Positions 21,290-32,672 of a stretch of 32,672 nucleotides of DNA are shown here, piece by piece. Source of the stretch: Octopus sinensis (lineage: Eukaryota); contig NW_021832786.1 in NCBI RefSeq assembly GCF_006345805.1, positions 1 to 32,672 of the forward strand. Reading direction: 5' to 3'. The first letter of the stretch is position 1. Every line of letters begins with the position of its first letter. Made by a program: the position numbers and the translations under genes. A model generated the notes under the pieces. It made no database searches. It worked only from the letters and a program-made list of their open reading frames with translations, and was not told the DNA's origin.

Positions 21290-21685
21290 CTTATACACTA
21301 CATAAACTCACAACCCCTACATATGCATACATGCTTACACCATAAATGCTTTCTTTCTCTCTTTCTCATTTACAGATATACATACACACACTTAACCATA
21401 CACACACACATGGTCCTTGCTCACGTACACACTCTCTCAGACATACTCATACACACTCACTTAAACACATGTATACACACTCTCTCACATACTCATCCAC
21501 ATGCACACACATGTGCGCGCGCACACACACACTGATTTCTATACACACACATACACATTCATGCACTTTCTCACACACACACACACCAGCGTACACACAC
21601 ATTAGCTTACACATGCACACACACTTATACATACACATTAACATGTATACACACACGTTAACACAATTTATACATATGCATTAAC

Positions 21686-21744
<59 letters not shown>

Positions 21745-21890
21745 TATACACATTAACATATATACACACACATGCACTTTTCCTCCCACACATACTCTCA
21801 CACACTAACTCACACATACACATACACACACTATCCCTGCTCACACAGGCACACACATACACTCTCCCCCTTTCTCCTCCCCCACACATA
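21290..21890. repeat. (CA)-rich degenerate microsatellite region
   Basis: Direct reading. Confidence 0.9.
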
Positions 21891-22138
21891 CTTTTCAACA
21901 TCTTACACATCCCCACCCCCGTCTATCCATGTCCCCGTCTCTTGTTACCAGTCACTAATATAATTATAATGTCACAGAACTTTTATGTCTTGGTGTTTTG
22001 AGTAGAGGTGGGGGTAGTGGTAGTGGTGGTGGTGGTGGTTGCAATAACGGTGGTGATGGTGGTAGTAGTGGTCGTGGTGGTGGTCCCAATAGTAGTTGTA
22101 GTGATGGTATTAGGTGGTGGTCGTGGTGGTGGTTGTAA

Positions 22139-22367
22139 GGCGGCAAGCTGGCAGAAACGTTAGCACGCTGGGCGAAATGCATAGCCGTATCTCGTCTGCC
22201 GTTACGTTCCGAGTTCAAATTCCGCAGAGGTCGACTTTGCCTTTCATCCTTTCGGGGTCGATTAAATAAGTACCAGTTAAGGGGTCGATATAATCGACTT
22301 AATCTGTTTGTCTGTCCTTGTTTGTACTCTCTGTGTTCAGCCCCTTGTGGGTAGTAAAGAAATAGGT
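22139..22367 (+). mobile_element. SINE family B inserted in a (GGT)n tract
   Basis: 11-bp TSD GGTGGTTGTAA at 22128-22138 and 22365-22375; near-identical to 4878-5117. Confidence 0.92.
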
Positions 22368-22559
22368 GGTTGTAATGATGACAGTGGTAGTGGTATTATT
22401 GGTTGTGGTGGTGGTCATAGGGGACATGCGGTAGTAAAGATTTTGGTAGTCATGGTGGTATTGATGATGATGATAATGGTGATGGCGTTAGTGTTTACAG
22501 TGGTGGGATCTTTTTAACCTCAGTCACAAATTTTTTAATTAATTTTTTTAACTAAGCAT

Positions 22560-22830
22560 AGACGTAGGAGTGGGTGTGTGGTAAGTAGCTTGCTTACGAA
22601 CCACATGATTCCAGGTTCAGTCCCACTGCATGGCACCTTGAGCAAGTGTCTTCTACTATAGCCTCAGGCCGACCAAACCCTTGTGAGTGGATTTGGTAGA
22701 TGGAAACAAAAGAGACCAATAGAATAAGTACTAGGCTTACAAAGAATAAGTCTTGGTGTCGATTTGCTCGACTAAAAGTGGTGCTCCAGCATGGCCACAG
22801 TCACATGACTGAAACAAGTAAAAGAGTAAA
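22560..22830 (+). mobile_element. SINE family A lacking the internal microsatellite segment
   Basis: Full head; junction GGAAAC|AAAAGAGACC skips the segment present at 26200-26330. Confidence 0.88.
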
Positions 22831-23829
22831 CAGTTTGAAACTTGACTGAAATTGAAAAGATCCCTAGCGGTGTTGTTTAATTCTGATTGACGACATTCCA
22901 TCCATGACCAGCTCGTCTACTCCTTACGTGCAGAAAAACCCACGACCACATCATTGAACTTGACCCCTTTTCTTTTTCCTTCGAGACATGGGATCTAGTT
23001 GAAGGAGACTTGGCTGTTGTTTCTAGCAGCTCAAGCAACCAAGCAAAGCTCCCTTATTGACTTGTGGTGAAGGTGGTAGTGATGATAATAGTTATGATAT
23101 TAGTAGTAATAGTATTGGTGGTGGTGGTGGTGGAAGTATTGGTGATGATGTCTATGGTAATGATGATGATGCTGGTGACAACAATATTTGTGGTGGTTCT
23201 GATGGATGGTAGTGGTGAGGTTGGCAGTAGATGACAGTTGTGGTATTGGTGGCGATGTTGCTAGTAGTATTATATTATATGTTCACGTTAGCTTTGGCAT
23301 CGTATTACTTAGGGAGGGGCGATTCAGTCTGGGACAAGTTGAGCTGCAGGGGTGCGCTTCCAGTGACACTCCTAAGCCCTACCCAGCCACTTGTTAACTG
23401 TTTTGGGTGCGTGGGACACAGTTTCGTTGGACACTTAACCATAGGGGTGTGCTACCCAACATTGCACACCTTAATTTATGGTGTTGCTTAGCCCCTGGTC
23501 AGGTCTAATCCTGCAAACCTACGATCAAAGTATACTAGCTGTGATCTTCCTATCATTTTGTTTTCAGATTATAGTTACCCCTGAACTATATATTATCTTA
23601 CATAGCCTTCCTTTTTTATGGGTGTTGGATAGAATTTGAGGAAGATTTATCCATTTGGGTACTTCGTTATGTTACTAAGCTGTAAGAAACCTTTTCCCAC
23701 TTTTACACAAATACAGAATTTAGGTCGTTGCTTAATAATTGGATAAAGCAAACTTACTTCAAGGAGACTCGTTGTGGTCTACATCAGCAAGACTTGAAAA
23801 AAGTGACAGAATAAGTACAATAAATTGTT

Positions 23830-24170
23830 GTGGGGAGCAGATGTCTGCTCTCCACTTCTTGTCTTGAGACAGCATTTACCTTGGGTGGGTTGAGCTGGCT
23901 TCATTTATCCTCAATGCTGCATCTCTCACAAGCACTGACCAGACCTGGCGATTTGAGGCTAATGACCACGTGATCTCCAACCACTTCTTATTCCAGTGGT
24001 GAATGCCGTAGACATGGGGGCCTAAGTTGGGTTCCAGATCAGCCTTGACTGTCATCAGCCAGGTTTTTCGTTGTCCACCACATTGCTTTCGCCAACCCTG
24101 AAGGGGAGCTGGGGCAATTGCTTCGTAGATGAATTCTCCCCACAGCAACCTACAGTATGCTTTCTGATTG
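23830..24170 (-). pseudogene. 3' end of a second RTE-clade LINE family
   Basis: GWRKQCGGQRKTWLMTVKADLEP...SLASNRQVWSVLVRD resembles the C-terminal GWxxxxGxxxxTW...A.dR..W region of RTE ORF2; unrelated at DNA level to 4228-4803. Confidence 0.7.
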
Positions 24171-24393
24171 GAGGTGAGTGGCTTTAGAGTGTTAGACTCG
24201 TGATTATAAGATTATGGTTTCGATTCCTGAACCAGGTGACACGTGTTCTTGACCAAAACGCTTCATTTTATGTTGCTCCAGTCCACTCAACTGGCAAAAA
24301 TGAGTAATCCTGTGACAAACTGATGCCCTGACCAGCTGGGGGATTTATGTGCCATGAAACTGGGAAACTAACCCTTATGTCTTGTGAAGGTAC
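24170..24393 (+). mobile_element. SINE family E
   Basis: GGTTTCGATTCC B-box and TGTTGCTCCAGTCCACTCAACTGGCAAAAATGAGTAA body; matches the reverse complement of 12651-12894. Confidence 0.8.
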
Positions 24394-24669
24394 TTTTTCT
24401 ATCCAACATATCAGGAGTATCTGTCCAAAATGTTGGTCACTTCACTTCCCATAACAATTTTTCTGTACATTTTCTGTTGCCATATTAGAATCTAATTGAT
24501 GTCATTTATGGCACCAATGATCTTAAGAATGACTCTTATAACCTTTTCTAAAAATTCATTAGGCATCAATTGAGCCAACATAGGAGTCCTTACATGATTG
24601 TTCAAACTGCTAGAAATAACAGCTGTATCATTCTCACATCATGCCGTTCTATTTTATGAAAAAGAACGA

Positions 24670-24835
24670 TATATTGAATATTTCCATAATCTTTGATATC
24701 CAAAAAGATAGAATGGCTAAGAGCACAGTTCAGATGTCCTTTGTTGGATCAGCAAACCTTAGATCAAATCTTTACTGGATCATCTTTGACCCAAGGCTAA
24801 ATGATAAATCAGATATCAAGTCCCTACTTAAGAAA
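24670..24835 (+). repeat. 166-bp direct repeat, copy 1
   Basis: 160/166 identical, no indels, to 25587-25752 (offset 917). Confidence 0.95.
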
Positions 24836-25586
24836 TAAAAATTATTAGCCTGGCTTCTATTCACTGTTCAAAACCACTTCACTTATATCATTGCTAATGC
24901 TCTCTTCCATGATAAAGGCATGAATTTCAAAAATCTCCTTTACTTCCATTCTCTGTGAATTAGAGGTTATGTAATCGCTGTGAGAAATCAATATTATCAT
25001 GAAGTTTAGTGGATGGTAGTATCAATGAAATGCTAAACATCATGGCTTGAAGGTCAGTGGTGGGCAAACTTGATGGAGTACTAAGTAAAACTGCTTGAAG
25101 GTTGATGTACTGCAGAGCTGGAGAAATGCTGGAGAAAATAGTTTGAATTATTTTAGTGTATGATGATAAAATTGGAAGCATGTTGCAGAAAGTGGTTTGA
25201 AAGTTGGTGGCTGACAGTATTGGTAATGTGCTGGACAAAATGCCGTGTAATACTGGGGTAAGGCAATGAGCTGGCAAAGGTGGCAAGCTGGTGAAAAGGT
25301 GAGTTGGCAGAGTTGTTAGTGTGCTGGACAAAAATGCTTCGTGGTATTTTTTTTTTCCAGCTTTTTACCTTCCTTCCAAGTATAAATACTGCCAAGGCCA
25401 ACTTCATCTTTCATCTATTTTTAGGGTTGATAAAATAACATACCAGTCAAGTACAAGGACCAATGTAATCAACTAACCCCACCACCCCTAAAATTGGTGG
25501 CCTTGTGAGCTCAACCCATGCCAGTATGGAAAACAGACATTAAATAATGATGATGATGATGGTGATGATGACTAGTTATTTCAGTT

Positions 25587-25752
25587 TATATTGAACATTT
25601 CCATAATCTTTGATATTCAAAAAGATAGAATGGCTAAGAGCACAGTTCAGATGTCCTTTGTTGGATCAGCAAACATTACTTCAAATCTTTACTGGATCAT
25701 CTTTGACCCAAGGCTAAATGATAAATCAAATATCAAGTCCCTACTTAAGAAA
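25587..25752 (+). repeat. 166-bp direct repeat, copy 2
   Basis: See copy 1 at 24670-24835. Confidence 0.95.
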
Positions 25753-26024
25753 GTTCAAATCCCACAGGAGTTAATTTTGCTCTTGATCTTAGCTGATTAA
25801 AGACTAGTTATGTACAGAAGTCAGTCAACTTGATTAACCCCATGCCTTAAATTTTGTGGCCATGTATCTTGGTTAGAAAACATGACAGCTACAGATGACT
25901 TTGATACCAGTAATTCATACTCTGTTACTAGCTACATGTTGTCAGTGTTTATAGACACGACTCTCAATGACCAAATCTATCTAACTAGAAGTGGGTATCA
26001 GAAAGTAAGAAGAGGCCTCCATCC

Positions 26025-26051
<27 letters not shown>

Positions 26052-26056
<5 letters not shown>

Positions 26057-26456
26057 GCAGTGACTGTGTGGTAAGTAGCTTGCTTACCAACCACGTTGTT
26101 CTGGTTTCAGTCCTGCTGCATAGCACCTTGGGCAAGTATCTTCTACTATAGCCTCGGGTCGACCAAAGCCTTGTGAGTAGATTTGGTAGACAGAAACTGA
26201 AAGAAGCCCTTCGTATATGTATATATATGTGTGTGTGTCTGTTTTTGTCCCCACCACCACCACCACCACCACTATTGCTTGACAACCAATGCTGGTGTGT
26301 TTACATCCCTGTGACCTAGTGATTTGGCAAAAGAAACCGACGGAATAAGTACTAGGCTTGCAAAGATTAAGTCCCAGGGTCGCTTTGTTCGATTAAAAGG
26401 TGGTGCTCCAGCATGACCACCACAATCAAATGACTGAAACAAGTAAAAGAATAAAA
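26052..26456 (+). mobile_element. SINE family A, full length, inserted in (TA)n
   Basis: Head GACTGTGTGGTAAGTAGCTTGC through tail GACTGAAACAAGTAAAAGAATAAAAG. Confidence 0.9.
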
Positions 26457-26483
26457 GTATATATATATATGTGTGTATGTATG

Positions 26484-26516
<33 letters not shown>

Positions 26517-26720
26517 ATGTATATATATATATATACTCACACACCATCTTTCCAGCTGTTGCTCATAAAGATGAAAGATTTATTACACGTGGTTCTCAAC
26601 CATTTTTTACCTATATAATACAGGTAACGGATACCGATAGTATTACGGGTATGTTATCCCTTAGTTATTATAACCGCTAACTCTCTTTACACTATATATA
26701 TATATATATATCCTCTCATG

Positions 26721-26758
26721 CCTTTCAGTTGAAGAGCATAGGCTCAAAACATCAAGGG
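26721..26758 (+). other. decayed minimal hammerhead relic
   Basis: CCTTT-CAGTTGA-A-GAGC(ATAG)GCTC-AAAA-CA-TC-AAGGG. Helices I and II pair and the spacing matches 20409-20454, but the core is mutated. Confidence 0.5.
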
Positions 26759-27692
26759 TTTTTCCATTCTTCCCAACTGTCAAACTAATTCACCTGCTTG
26801 TTGTTCCCTCACCTGTCTTTGTCTTTGTTTTCTGTACATTCGTACTATGTATACACACACACACGTGTGTGTGTGTGTGTGTGATTGTGTTATATACATT
26901 GTGCAGTGTGCATATTTGTGTGTGTTGAGTATACATGTGTATATATCTGTATATCTATGCATTGTGATGTATAGGTATTTATCTGTTGCGCAATGTATGT
27001 ATATTTATTATATGATGTGCATGTTAACGAATGCTGTGGATTGGTATACCATATATGTAACAATATACACACACAAACACACACACAGTGTTGTGTAAAT
27101 ATTTGTCATAATTTTGTGTTGTTTATATATAAATTGTAAGTGTGTGTATGTGTGTGTGTATGTGTGTGTGTATGTGTGTGTGTGTGTTATTTCTCCTACC
27201 ACCACTACCACACCACCATCTTTGCAATATATTTACAAATTAGGTTGAACGGTTTTTTCTTCCTTTCTTTCTTTATTTCTTTCTTTCTTTCTCTCTTTCT
27301 TCCTTTCTTTCTTTATTTCTTTCTTTCTTTCTCTCTTTCTTCCTTTCTTTCTTTTTACTCCCCGCAAGATTCATCTGAACGTGCAACTTTATAATAATAG
27401 AAATATTTCCGCCTCTTTCTCCCCCTTCCCATCCCTTTCTTCTGTACCCCCCTCCTCTTGCATTTCTTCCTTTCTTTCATTCTCTCTCTCTTTGTATATT
27501 TTTACTTTAACACCCTCCCCTTTTCTGTGTTTGTGTGTGTGTGTATACATACATAGACGTGTGTGTATGTATGTTTGTATACATACATATGCTTGTGAGC
27601 ATGTGTATACCTATATACATATCACATGTATATATATATATATATATATACGCACATACACATACATATATATATATACACACACATACATC

Positions 27693-27725
<33 letters not shown>

Positions 27726-28638
27726 ACATATATCCCTATGTATACTTGTCCTCGTTTTAACATTTGCATCTGTCTTTGTTTTAATTGTATTTCTTTCTCC
27801 CTTTCACTTTTCTTTCTAAATTGATAATTATAATTGAAATAATAATGGAATTCATAATAATAATAATAATAATAAAAATAATGATGATTATGATGATGAT
27901 CTGTTTTGCCTCAAGGGCTGCAAATCAAAAAAATAATAATGCAAAAAAGCAAGCAAAATCTAAACACATCCAAAACACACACAGTGAGGTTGTGTATATG
28001 TGTGTGTGTATGTGTGTATTATGTATCAGTATGTGGTTTGCTTGTATGTGTATATGTATGTGCTTTTGTGGTGTGCATTTGTATGTGTGTGTGTGTGTGT
28101 GTGTGTGGAGGAGGTTTAGACAATTACAAACATTTAGTAAATGGAAAAATATAATTTATTAATATGAACGAAATTTAATAATATAAATAAAAATAAATAA
28201 ATAAAAATAATACAAAATAAAAATAAACGAATAAATATAATTCCACTCAAAAGAAAATGGGTTACAGCCCCATCCCGCCTTCCCGGCCCCACTGCCACCA
28301 CTACCACTACTATGCCTCCCTCGGGAGAAAGATTCAGTGGGGGTTCTCTGAATTCCCAATTTGCTTCACCTTGAAAATGGCCTTTCTGAAACACCCCCCT
28401 CTCTTCTATTCCAGACCAAATCCTGTAGGTGTGACCTTCCAGATCTATCGATCTGTTTATCCACATTGTTCTTGGCCTCCTTTATTTTTACCTCCACTAC
28501 CCCCAAAATATTCTCCAAGGGTAGTACACTACTTCTCCCCTTTTTTTTTCTGCCTCCCTCCCCCCCCTCTCTCCCCCCTTCAAGCTCTCACTCTTCTGTC
28601 TTTTTTATAACCTCTCTTAGTCTGCTCTGAGATACATG

Positions 28639-28680
<42 letters not shown>

Positions 28681-28681
28681 A

Positions 28682-28737
<56 letters not shown>

Positions 28738-29018
28738 ACACATATATATAAACATATATAGATAGATAGATATGTCTGTGTATGTATCTCCTTTCATTTT
28801 TCCTTCTCCTTCATAATATGTATGCTGTATATTTATGTACACACACAACATAAATGTATATAAAATCATATTACATATGTGTATATGTGTGTGTGTGTTT
28901 ATGCAGTTATATAAGATTTAAACATTAATGGAAAGACGTGTGTATGCGTGTCTGTATGTGAGTGTACTCATTCTCTTCTCTCGTGTCTCTGCCTCCTTTT
29001 CAATAATAATAATAAATT

Positions 29019-29258
29019 AAGGTGGCAAGCTGGCAGAATCATTAGCGTGCTGGAGGAAATGCTTAGCGATATTTCACCCATTGTTACGCTCTGAGTTCAA
29101 ATTCTGCCACGGTCGACTTTGCTTTTCATCCTTTCAAGGTCGATTAAGTACCAGTGAAACACTGGGGAGTTGATGTAATTAACTTATCCCCTCCCCAAAA
29201 ATGGCTCCCCTTGTGGAAAAATTTGAAATCATCATTATTATTGTTATTATTATTATTA
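29019..29258 (+). mobile_element. SINE family B with (ATT)n tail variant
   Basis: Same head and body as 4878-5117; different 3' part CCCCTCCCCAAAAAT...TTTGAAA(ATT)n. Confidence 0.85.
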
Positions 29259-29282
29259 TATATATAACCATTGTTATATAAC

Positions 29283-29606
29283 AGTGAAGACACATGGCTC
29301 AGTGGTTAGAGCGTCGAGCTTACAATCGCGAGGTTGTGAGTTCGAATCCCGGACCGGGCTGTGTGTTGTGTTCTTGAGCAAGGCACATTACTTCATGCTG
29401 CTCCAGTTCACTCAACTGTAGAAATGAATTGCGACGTCACAGGTGCCAAGCTGTATCGGCCTTTGCCGTTCCCTTGGATAATACTGGTGGCGTGGAGAGG
29501 CGAGGCCGGCATGCATAAACAACCTTGCCCAGACTTGTGCCTGGGGGGGGGGGGTAACTTCCTAGGTGCAATCCTGTGATCAGTCATGACCGAAGGGGGT
29601 CTCAGC
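29283..29606 (+). mobile_element. tRNA-derived SINE family C
   Basis: TGGCTCAGTGG A-box, GAGTTCGAATCCC B-box, CTTGAGCAAGGCAC...GCTCCAG central domain; probable TSD ATATAAC at 29276-82 and 29607-13. Confidence 0.82.
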
Positions 29607-30286
29607 ATATAACTATTATGATAATGGATAACGAAAACCACAATAGCAATGGAAAATGTTTTGTAGGTTCGTCTTTGTTTTCCATCTTTCTAACAGTTCA
29701 GTAAAATAAAATACCAGTCATGTTTTGGGGAATTTTTAAATATGTTTTCTTGATTCATAGGACTCATCATGCCAGTTGCTTGGTTTCAAGGTGTATGAGT
29801 GACTGAGATCACAACACACTACCTGGAGGGGATGCTAGTCTTTTGCAAGGTCCATGACCAGTAAGTTTTGTAGGAAGGGAGACAAATCAATGACATTGAA
29901 TCCAGCTCTTGACTGGTATATTATTTCATCGACCCTGAAGGGACGAAAGGTAAAGTTGACCTCAGCAGATTTTGAGCTCAGAATGAGCAAATTTTGAGTT
30001 CAGATCCGGAAGAAATGCTGGTAAGCATTTTGTTTGACATGTCCAGGATTCTACCAGCTCCCTATTTTGTCCTATATTAGGGGTCAATATAACTAATCAC
30101 TTCTAACCCAAATTTCGGGTCCCTGTCCTTTTCATTGAAATCGGTGTCCCTTTATGTTCTCTAGTCAACTATCCCTTTTGTTGTAGTTGTTTTTATTGTG
30201 GTTGTTTAACCCCAGGTCATATCAGTTGAGCAGGACTATGATCAAAAGGCATTAAAACCATGACCCTCTTGTCTTTCTATTTATAC

Positions 30287-30951
30287 CAATAGTTCTCAAC
30301 CTTATTTTACCTATGGACTCCTTTGACTCCTATATTACTAAGGGCAGAGCGACCTTCATACCCATACAATGTCTCTTTTACTCTTTTTCTTGTTTCAGTC
30401 ATTTGACTGCAGCTATGCTGGAGCACCGCCTTTAGTCGAGCAAATCAACCCCAGGACTTATTCTTTGTAAGCCTAGTACTTATTCTATCAGTCTCTTTTG
30501 CTGAACCGCTAAGTTACAGGAACGTAAACACACCACCATCAGTTGTCAAGCGATGTTGGGGGGACAAACACAGACACACAAACATATACGCACACATACA
30601 TATATACGACGGGCTTCTTTCAGTTTCCGTCTACCAAATCCACTCACAAGGCTTTGGTCAGCCCGAGGCTATAGTAGAAGACACTTGCCCAAGGTGCCAC
30701 GTAGTGGGACTGAACCCGGAACCATGTGGCTGGCAAGCAAGCTACTTACCACACAGCCATTCCTGCACCTATAAACTCATCTAAAAACTCCCATTATATT
30801 TTTATAATTAAATATTATTAGGAATCGTATAATAATTATTAAAATATTTTGTGTATTGTAGGGATAAATCCAGTTTATTGTAGATAAATTTTAACAACAA
30901 AATCTTATATGGGCTCCCAAAAGCCATATAGCCCCTGGTTGTGAACCACTG
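30287..30951 (+). mobile_element. hAT (Charlie-like) MITE containing a SINE
   Basis: TIRs CAATAGTTCTCAACC / GGTTGTGAACCACTG; 8-bp flanks ATTTATAC and ATTTAGGC (6/8 match). Confidence 0.78.
30376..30770 (-). mobile_element. SINE family A, full length, nested in the hAT MITE
   Basis: Colinear with the reverse complement of 26052-26456. Confidence 0.92.
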
Positions 30952-31449
30952 ATTTAGGCAATGTTATCTAGGGACTCCAGTGTATTGTATCTTTCACCTT
31001 TTTAAAACTGGTTGATAAAATAAGTATCGGTCATGTATTGGGGGATAATGTAATAAGATTTATCCTTCATCCATGATTTGTGGTCTTGTGTCTGAAACAC
31101 TTGAACACCAAACTAAAAAACATGCAAAATTTTGCTGCATGTAGCTATGTTCTGGGTTCAAATCATGTCAAAGTTGACCTCACTTTTTTTTCTTTTCACT
31201 TCAAGGGTTGAATAAATAATTAAGTACAAAGCGTGAACTAAAAAGGGCCTGGAGATTCAGTCCGTTTTTTGTACAAAAATGTTATATCCTTTCTTGACTT
31301 AATCTCAAAGCTGTTTACCAGCATCTAGCTTTAAGGTGACTGTTCTGATGCAAATACGTAGGTCACATTGATTATTTGGGGTTCATTTTATCAATTAACT
31401 CCTCAAAACAGCTTGCTTTGTACCTAAATTAGAAACCATTGCTACTGTA

Positions 31450-31598
31450 AAGTGGTTGGCATTAGGAAGGACATCCAACCATAAAAACCATGCCAAAGCA
31501 GAGAGTGGAGCTTGGCACAGTCCTCTGGCTTACCAGCTCCTCTCAAACCATCCAGCCCACACCAGCATGGAAAACAGACATTAAATGATGATGATGAT
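31450..31598 (+). mobile_element. RTE-type 3' tail fragment
   Basis: GTGGTTGGCATTAGGAAGGACATCC...CAGCATGGAAAACAGACATTAAATGATGATG. Confidence 0.78.
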
Positions 31599-32091
31599 AT
31601 TTATATTTGATCATTCTATTGAGGAGATTGATCTAATAGTTTACTTTCTATCACAAATAATACAATGTATTTCTTGGAAGTCTTACTTATAAATAGTAAA
31701 AATTTATAAATGCTTTAGATTCCAATGAATGCTCTAACTATATTCATAGAATCATTTACAGCTGACCTTTTCACAGCAATCCGCAGGTGTTCCATGAGCT
31801 TTTTGAAGTGAATCAGAAAATGCCAGGGTATTTAGAAAATTTGTGTGGTCTTCTATTTTTTTTCACTGCTGCATCAGTACATGTATATCTCTTTGCAGCT
31901 AAGTGCAGTATATGCACTCGTCTCTGTTTTAAACTGAGTTAGTATTCTTTATAGGTGTAGGTCCATGTGACTAGTATGGTGCTAAACTAACCAATGCCTT
32001 GTGAATGAATTTGAATGACAGAAACTGTATGGAAGCCTATCATATATATATATAGATATGTTTATTTTTTTATGTATATGTTCATATATAT

Positions 32092-32474
32092 GTAGAGTTG
32101 CAATGGCCCAGTGGTTAGGGCAGTGGACTTGCGGTTGTAGAGTCGCAGTTTCAATCCCCAGACCGGGTGTTATGAGTGTTTATTGAGTGAAAATACCTAA
32201 AGTTCCACGAGGCTCTGGCAGGGGGTGGTGGCGAACCCTGCTGTACTCCTTCACCACATCTTTCTCTCAGTCTTTCTTCCTGTTTCTGTTGTACCTGTAT
32301 TTCAAAGGGCCAGCCTTGTCACACTATGTCACACTGAATATCCCCGAGAACTACGTTAAGGGTACACGTGTCTGTGGAATGCTCAGCCACTTGCATTTTA
32401 ATTTCATGAGCAGGCTGTTCCATGGATTGGCTCAACTGGAACCCTTATCATTGTAACTGCCTGAGTGCCACAAT
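32092..32474 (+). mobile_element. tRNA-derived SINE-like element, family D
   Basis: TGGCCCAGTGG A-box and AGTTTCAATCCC B-box-like head followed by a ~300-bp body. Single copy in the window; 3' end approximate. Confidence 0.55.
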
Positions 32475-32672
32475 GTATATATATATATGTCTATGAATTG
32501 TATGTATGTGTATATATGTAATGTATTTATATATATATATATGTATGTATATGTATCAACAATTGAGGGTAAATTATTTTACTAAGCCCTAATTATATAA
32601 TGTATGTATATATAAGTATATACTCATGTATATATGTGTATGTGTGCCATTGTCTGCATTTATTGCTTCACT

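Noticed and set aside
28270-28330. VVAVGPGRRD peptide resembling GroES/Hsp10 in the 28134-28466 minus ORF
   Set aside because: Produced by a (GGT/AGT) microsatellite plus a few bases; the flanking residues do not follow the Hsp10 pattern.
29290-29355. Apparent tRNA gene (also the tRNA-like heads at 20258, 22566 and 32100)
   Set aside because: The acceptor and anticodon stems do not close properly and each head runs into a SINE body, so these are SINE heads.

Overview
AT-rich, repeat-saturated eukaryotic DNA. The SINE repertoire, microsatellite load and composition suggest a cephalopod (Octopus-like) intron or intergenic region; this is inference. No host protein-coding exon could be confidently identified. 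Most ORFs in the track come from microsatellites or minisatellites; the recognisable coding remnants are two RTE-clade LINE C-termini and a possible Tc1/mariner relic. Mobile content: several tRNA-derived SINE families, many RTE 3' tails, hAT-like and piggyBac-like MITEs, and a complete non-autonomous Helitron. Most notable: (1) a TSD-flanked, tRNA-headed short retroelement carrying a Penelope-type minimal hammerhead ribozyme and an inverted copy of its own 3' region (20213-20535); (2) a second, unrelated hammerhead with a long helix II (9934-10039) plus decayed relics; (3) a ~2 kb 27-bp minisatellite that appears to derive from a 26-nt RTE 3' UTR motif; (4) a 330-bp near-perfect palindrome with a 1-nt centre; (5) a GC-rich pre-miRNA-like hairpin.
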